This document shows positions 56,930 through 64,000 of a stretch of 64,000 bases of DNA, in pieces. The stretch is from Octopus vulgaris (lineage: Eukaryota). The notes beneath the pieces are model-generated. The model had not been told where the DNA came from and searched no databases. It saw only the letters and a program-made list of their open reading frames with translations. The position numbers and the translations under genes were made by a program. The stretch's first letter is position 1, and the number at the start of each line of letters is the position of its first letter. The stretch is taken from the NCBI GenBank assembly GCA_951406725.2, contig OX597824.1, positions 92,318,001 through 92,382,000 on the forward strand, given 5' to 3'.

Positions 56930-57230
56930 TAGGAGCAATGGCTCCAGTGGTTAGAGCAGCTGACTCGTGGTTGAAGGGTCGCGGTTTCGATTCCCAGACC
57001 GGGCGTTGTGTGTGTTTATTGAGCAAAAACACCTAAGAGCTCCACGAGGCTCCGACAGGGGGTGTTGGCGACCCCTGTTGTACTCTTTCGCCACAAATTT
57101 CTCTCACTCTCTCTTCCTGTTTCTTGAGTAACGCTGCGATGGACTGGCTTCCCGTCCAGCTGGGAGAAACACATATGCCACAGAAACCGGGAAACTGGGA
57201 CCATGAGGCTTGCCAGGCTTGAAAAGGGCG
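56930..57230 (+). mobile_element. SINE family B, tail type 1
   Basis: Homologous to 5938-6245; flanking gaatgcaaag repeat is a candidate TSD. Confidence 0.85.
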
Positions 57231-57391
57231 AAGAAAAGAAAAGAAAAAGAATGCAAAGATTCTTAACGTAAGATCATGTGGCATTTATGCCTTTCCGCTG
57301 GAAATTTTTAGCTTAACCCAAGAGAACTGTTTCCAACCAATAATAACTATCTGGTGTATTGACCTTCTATATATGATAACACCAACAGCAA

Positions 57392-57697
<306 letters not shown>

Positions 57698-58509
57698 ATG
57701 TTCCCTATAAAAATGCCAATAAACATGACACCAAAGAAATGTAACAAAAGAAAAACAGATCAAAAAATTACAACTAAATATGCATAAAAATATATACACT
57801 GTGACAAGTATTAAATATTTATTCTTGCTTCTGAGCAGAAAACTATATTTCTTTCCTATTTATCTTGCTCTGCCACCAGCATTATAATTATGTGCGAAAA
57901 TTTATTTTATTTCTCGTTATGTTCGTTTTCGTATATTCCAAATTTATTATTGTTTTTTTGGGGGTTTTTTTTGTAGCTTGCATATTCTTATGATTTTTCA
58001 AATGACAGAAGAAAAAAATGAAAAAGAAAATATAGTAAATAAATACAAAAAAATTTATATATAATAGTATTGGGGTAAATAGAACACATACATCAATAAA
58101 CTGGAAGCACACGAATACGTATAGCGAAAGCGAAAATGAAATAAACTAGAAATATGACGAAAATAATAATAATAAAAATAACAACATATTAGTTTTCACA
58201 TAATGTCGAAAAGAAAAACCACTTAAAGAATAATTTTCTTTAACTCACTTTTAAACAAACGCGTGCAGAGGGAAATACGACCATATACACAGACGTGTGT
58301 ATATAAGCATATGTAAAGACATACATAAATATATATATACACGCTTATATGTAAAGATATGTAAAGATATACCACGCTTACGCCCGTACACATATGCACA
58401 TGCGCTGACGGATTTACAAGCAAGGGTTGCTACTTCGGAATTTGTACGCGTGTGCATACAAGAGTAAACAGAGCAATACACACGTCATCCGCTTTAGTTT
58501 GTCCGCACT

Positions 58510-58960
<451 letters not shown>

Positions 58961-59899
58961 TTTAGCTATATCTTCCCATCTTCACACGCACATGCGCGCT
59001 CAAACACACGCACATATTATCACCCAGCATCTCTGCACACCAAAGACAATCGTATATACGCACTTATACAAAACGTGAATGGCAAACAAACACTCGTAAA
59101 TGTATATAAATATTCGTGTCCGAGGATATGTGTGAAACTAGGGTGTGGGCTAGTGTTTTTTTCTGACGTGTATGAGTTTGTGTATGTGTGTGTGTGTGTG
59201 TGTATCGTTGTCATCCAGTTTCTCATATATTTTCCATCATATATTTACACTGCTTCCTCGTATTCGCTTTTTCAAAGACATAGAATTCTCTCCCTTCGTT
59301 TCTCTTCCACATCACCGCCCGTTTTTCTTTCGCAGTTTTTTTTCTTTTTCTTTTTGTCTATTTTATTTATTATTTTTTTTTTTTGTGTCGATCACAATGT
59401 CTCTGATTCCCTTCGCACATCTATTTTGAAAATCTGTTGTGATACTTCATATTCTACTTGTCTCTCGAAGTGTATATTTTTCTCCCTAAAATATTCCACT
59501 CTAATTGTTAATTTTCTTCTCTTAAGCAATACCTATGATATTTGAATGAAAAAAAAAATTGAACTATTTTTCTATCAACTCAATTCATTCGCCAACTCTT
59601 TGTAAATCACTTTCTCCAACTCATAATTGCGAGATACGGTTTCACTTCTAAACCCTTGCACTTCCTGATATCTCTCATCTGATTCCATTTCACTTTTCAC
59701 CTCTCATTTCCTCCCCTTGTCTCACTGAACACGCACACATTCGTGTTTGTGTGTATGTGTGTGTCTGTGCGTACAGATTGGTAGTAGAAGGAGTGTGAGG
59801 TTGTTCGACCCCTGGGTATAATAGCTTGTTATATATCTTAACTGTTGTATATGTTAACTAGAAATGAAATTATCTTTTAATGTTGCTATTAATTGCTTT

Positions 59900-60400
59900 T
59901 GAAGAAACCCGCTGGATACTTGCAACATCGTTACCTGAATACACTGTGATATTTTATATATTGCTCACGGGAGATTCAGTTGTTATGTTACTGCCGGATG
60001 TTTATCACTGAGAAGTCCAAAACAGACTGAAATCACTTAATATGGCCCTTCCGGTGGCTGTAATAAACGTTTATCACGTGTCAACAATATAAATACGAGT
60101 GATTTTATACACCACAAGTCATTATGAGTAATCCTCTCAAGGTAAATTATGAAGGATCCGGTGTTCTAATACAACGTCCCAAAACCTCATGAACGCTTCC
60201 GACTTCATCTATACATCTTGCTTATGTACGCCAAGGTTGATACCTCTTGGTACAATTATATTTGGACATTAGGACATTGGTTCCTTTTGAAAATTAACAT
60301 TGAAAGTAATTCGGTTTCATCTACACAGCATACTCACACCCTTGTTTAATGAAATTGCGCGTATCTAATTGCCTTCGTGGGTTTCTGTCCATCATCAATC
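59900..60400 (-). pseudogene. Possible decayed IS630/Tc1-like transposase remnant
   Basis: Minus: CVDETE...MKSEAFMRFW..LEHRILHNLP..LLIM...NHS (cf. DET...MNxExFxxWF...LLPNLP..VIVMDNASYHS). Confidence 0.3.
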
Positions 60401-60427
60401 AAATCTAATTTGAATACAGCTGTATAT

Positions 60428-62500
60428 AAGGCGGTGAGGAGGCAGAATTTTTAACAAGCTGGAAAAAGTGCTTAGCAGTATTTCATGTGTTTTAGCATTC
60501 TGAGTTCAAATTCCGCCGAGGGCCATTTTGTCTTTCGTCTTTTCGAGGTTGATAAAATAAGAACCATTTGGAAGCTTTTGTCAATGTAATCCACTTATTC
60601 CTTCAATGATATTCCTGAACTTGTTCTCAAATTAATGAAACCATTATAACGGTATACTAACAATCTCTTTTCTTAAGACCTAGTGTAGAGATGGGAAATG
60701 TAGGAACTGTGTTGCTTTGTAGACCAAAAATACCGTAATATGGCGTTCTGTTTCACGTCCAACATCATGGCAACTGATGCCGGACACAAAGTATGCAATA
60801 AAATAACTAATTAAGGGATTGCCAACGATGATTGCATTTAGTGTTTTTCTCAGTCAGTTGTTTTGTACATTTGAAACCCAAGACAAACTCTCAGAAAGGA
60901 ATAATAGTTTTTGAATAAATTATTTTGGAACGGCTTCATTAAGAAAAACAGCTTAATTCTCATCAGGATTACAGAAGAATTGCTGTGGATTTACAAGAAC
61001 ATTTTCGCTCATCCATTCTATAATTTATTATTGTTCACTGAAGAGCACTTGAAGAATTACCTTTTTAAAAGATAGCCACTCATTTCATAAAAAAAAAAAT
61101 ATTCTATACATTTTTACTTCAATATATTTACATTTGGGTGGTGTGTAAACTATATATTTGTTTATAGGAACGGGGCTTGACTGCAAAGTTTATAGGTTGA
61201 CCGAGGTATTCTCATGGAATGACTGGATGAGGTTTAGTTATCAACATAGCACCCCCGCCTTGCAGTCCACACACTTCTTCCGTTGCTGATGCGGGGCTTG
61301 GATCCAATTGGTGAAGAAGCTTTCATCCTGTTGCTCAGATTAGTTATCCTGTCTGTATATATTTGTATGTTTGTTTGCATGTGTGATTGATTGTAACAAT
61401 ACACATATATATATAGTACCATATATACCTATGATTCGCAACAGCTACACACATTTCTCCTCCCTGTTTCCTGAATATCAATATCACCACCCACATCTCT
61501 CCACCTCCATAGAATTCTTCCCTTCTTTCTAGCGCGAACGCCATGATTATGTGACCAGCTTCTTTTTGCCGAGCAATGTATTGAAGAAAATGCGTTCAAT
61601 ATCTCCAATATCAGTTCGACAACATTCACCGAATCAAAACCAAATTGTACCACAATCACCTTCACCACCACCACCACCAACTACAACACGATATAACTGG
61701 AAAATAATGATATTGTATGTGGTTGCTTGCTTTGCAGGAGAGAAAAGAAAAAGCAAATTCGCTGTTATAGGAAAAGAAAACATTTCTAATACTGTTATCC
61801 TAAATATTACTAAAGTGACAGTACAGTCAAAGTTGGTATGACTTTTATCACGTTGAACGTGGGCCAAAATAAGAGCAATAATGGCGAACGAAACAATAAC
61901 ATCCATTCTCTCTTAGATCTGCTCTTTTTATATTTTACAAACGGTTAATCATACATACCATGATATTGGTTTCAAATTCAGCACATGGCTAGCAATTTAG
62001 GAGAAGGTGTCTAGTCGAAAACACCTACCTGAATGCTTAACTGGTACATGATCTTCCGCCTCCGATAGGATGTAAAGAAAACGCAACCCGGTAATATAAA
62101 AAGGCACAGTCGACCCTGGTGCCATGTCACCACAGAACGTAAAATCTAAAGAAATGCTGGTAAGCATTTTGTCTGGTACTGTAACGATTCTGCTAGCTCA
62201 GCGCCTTACTACAGAAGCAATAACATTTAACCACCGAATCCAAAAAGATATGGAAAAACTTATAAAAACCTCCCCCACTGTGAAGTTACGTGTGGTAAAT
62301 ATTCAAAGAGATTAAATTAGATTAATGTAATCCTATATCGGTCGATTGGTAGAATCGCTAGAGTGTCTGTGAAGAGACTTGCAATTTGCTTTCGGTGGAG
62401 CCCTGCAGTAATTGTTCTGAGTTCGAATCCTGCCAGGGTTTGTTTTGTATTTCATCATTTAGGGGACATTTAGTAAGGTATGAGTCAAGAACTGGAATCG
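60428..62500. mobile_element. Three diverged SINE family A copies (+ 60428-60640, - 61965-62210, + 62335-62500)
   Basis: ttctgagttcaaattccgccgagg-type B-box and core homology. Confidence 0.6.
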
Positions 62501-62989
62501 GCTGATATGCACTTTGCGATATGGAAAGATGGCTCATCTGGAAAAGCAGCTTCGACCCCGCTACATGTCTGAGTTCAAGAACTGAAATTTTCGGATCATG
62601 CCCAAATGTGGCTAAATATTTGTTACGTTGTTGATCCCTCCCCCACCGAGATTACAGATAGGACTTGCTTTCTGTATTTTATCCACGCACAAGCTTTTTA
62701 TCTCCTTATATCTTTTACTTATATTTCTTATATATATTTATATATTTTTTTATACATATATTCTTTACATATTTATAGAGATATTGTTTTATAGGTTTAT
62801 TGCTTCTATATTTTTTAAACATATTTTTTTCTGTATTTTACCTTCCACATGCGTTTTCCCTGGATTACTCTTATTGCTTATTTTTTAATACTTCTTTACA
62901 CCTGTATTGTTGCCCTTAGCCCTGTTTTTCTCGTGCTTGTGCGTTTATAAACGTGTGTATGACCCATTTTTTGCGCGTGTGTGTGGGAT

Positions 62990-63023
<34 letters not shown>

Positions 63024-63035
<12 letters not shown>

Positions 63036-63412
63036 TCAAGTTGTGCGTATGTCTCCTACGATTTAGATTCCTAACTACTCCCACATTTTGCGGTGCAGTT
63101 TAACCAAAACCGGGTATCTTATAGTCGTGATTCATATCGAGCCCTTCTGGGTATTAGCGCGCGTCTACGATGAGTCTACGATTTTAAAAAAATTACCATC
63201 ATTTTTTTTCCATTTTAATGCATTTTTTCGCTATTATATAAGGGAAGTAACTCTCTAAAAATGTTTACGATGAGTCAACGATTTAAAAAAAATTTACCAT
63301 CCTTTTTTTCCCATTTTAATGCATTTTTTTGCTATCTTTTGGCTATAACTCTAAAAATGCTTATATAGTTATTTCCCTTACAAACCCGAGCAACGCTGGG
63401 CGATACTGCTAG
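63024..63412 (+). mobile_element. Non-autonomous Helitron, copy 3
   Basis: Same sequence family, with internal duplication; ends cccgagcaacgctgggcgatactgCTAG|t; the 5' end merges into (TA)n. Confidence 0.85.
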
Positions 63413-63559
63413 TATATATATATATTTGGCGAATAGTGTGGGTGAGAATGAGTATGTTTCATGTGAGGGTGGATGAGTGTATACTTATAGGCGCATGCAC
63501 GTGTGTGTGCGGGTACGCATATGTAGGTATAGACATGCGCGCTTACGTGAATACTCTCA

Positions 63560-63648
63560 TTTAGCGGTCATTCAAATAGCGTGGAGATGGCGGCGTGGAT
63601 TTCCACCTCGACATCCGAAACTCGGGGTTTTATCGGGGTTTTATCCTT
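63560..63648 (+). mobile_element. Deleted relative of the 21649 hammerhead element
   Basis: gagatggcggcgtggatttccacctcgacatccgaaactcggggttttatc matches 21649-21700 inverted, and tagcggtcattcaaatagc matches 21790-21808; the CTGAA core is lost. Confidence 0.7.
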
Positions 63649-63804
63649 GCTATCCTCTATTTACATAATATCGAGGTCTCTTTCATTCTTTTGTTGTCTT
63701 ACCAAACAATAAGATATAAATATATAACTTCAATAGACACACATATAAGTACATAAACATAGGATTAAATGCACATACACATATACACTCACACACAGAC
63801 ACAT

Positions 63805-63960
63805 CTTTTTCCACTCTGGGCACAAGGTCCGAAATTTTTGGGGGAGGGTCCAGTTTATCATTTCGGCTTCGGCGGAATTTGAACTCAGAACGTGAAAACA
63901 GACGAAATGCTGCTAAGCATTTCATCTGGCGTGCTAACGTTTCTGCCAGTTCGCCGCCTT
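63805..63960 (-). mobile_element. SINE family A, internally deleted
   Basis: Reverse complement of the head aaggcggcgaactggcagaaacgttagcacg and of the tail. Confidence 0.85.
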
Positions 63961-64000
63961 ACACACGCAGACACATTTACACTCATACATACCTAAATGC

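Noticed and set aside
56930-57005. tRNA-like sequences with A and B boxes (also 49772, 6170-6245 and others)
   Set aside because: They are SINE heads continuing into repeat bodies with TSDs, without clean acceptor stems; not tRNA genes.
61234-61906. Several moderately complex minus-strand ORFs (e.g. MAFALERREEFYGG, MKASSPIGSKPR)
   Set aside because: No recognisable homology or consistent exon chain; cannot be supported without RNA data.

Overview
AT-rich, repeat-saturated eukaryotic non-coding DNA. The tRNA-derived SINE families and the density of (TA)n/(CA)n/(AAT)n/(CAT)n microsatellites strongly suggest an octopus (cephalopod) genome; this assignment is from recognition, not a database search. 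No intact host protein-coding gene, rRNA or tRNA is supportable, and nearly all ORFs in the track are microsatellite or SINE translations. The window holds at least four SINE families, three copies of a non-autonomous Helitron, a pseudogenised Tigger/pogo transposon, mariner derivatives (one a head-to-head fold-back), R4/Dong-type RLE LINE fragments, and decayed Penelope-like, hAT, Tc1/IS630-like and possibly Merlin remnants. The most interesting signal is a set of short elements, mostly embedded in (TA)n/(TG)n and often head-to-head palindromes, that carry minimal type-I hammerhead ribozyme folds. Their catalytic cores covary at the 3-8 tertiary pair (C3-G8, G3-C8, U3-A8). Also notable is a 1.3-kb block bounded by an apparently perfect 115-bp inverted repeat that encloses a 248-bp palindrome and the best-preserved hammerhead.
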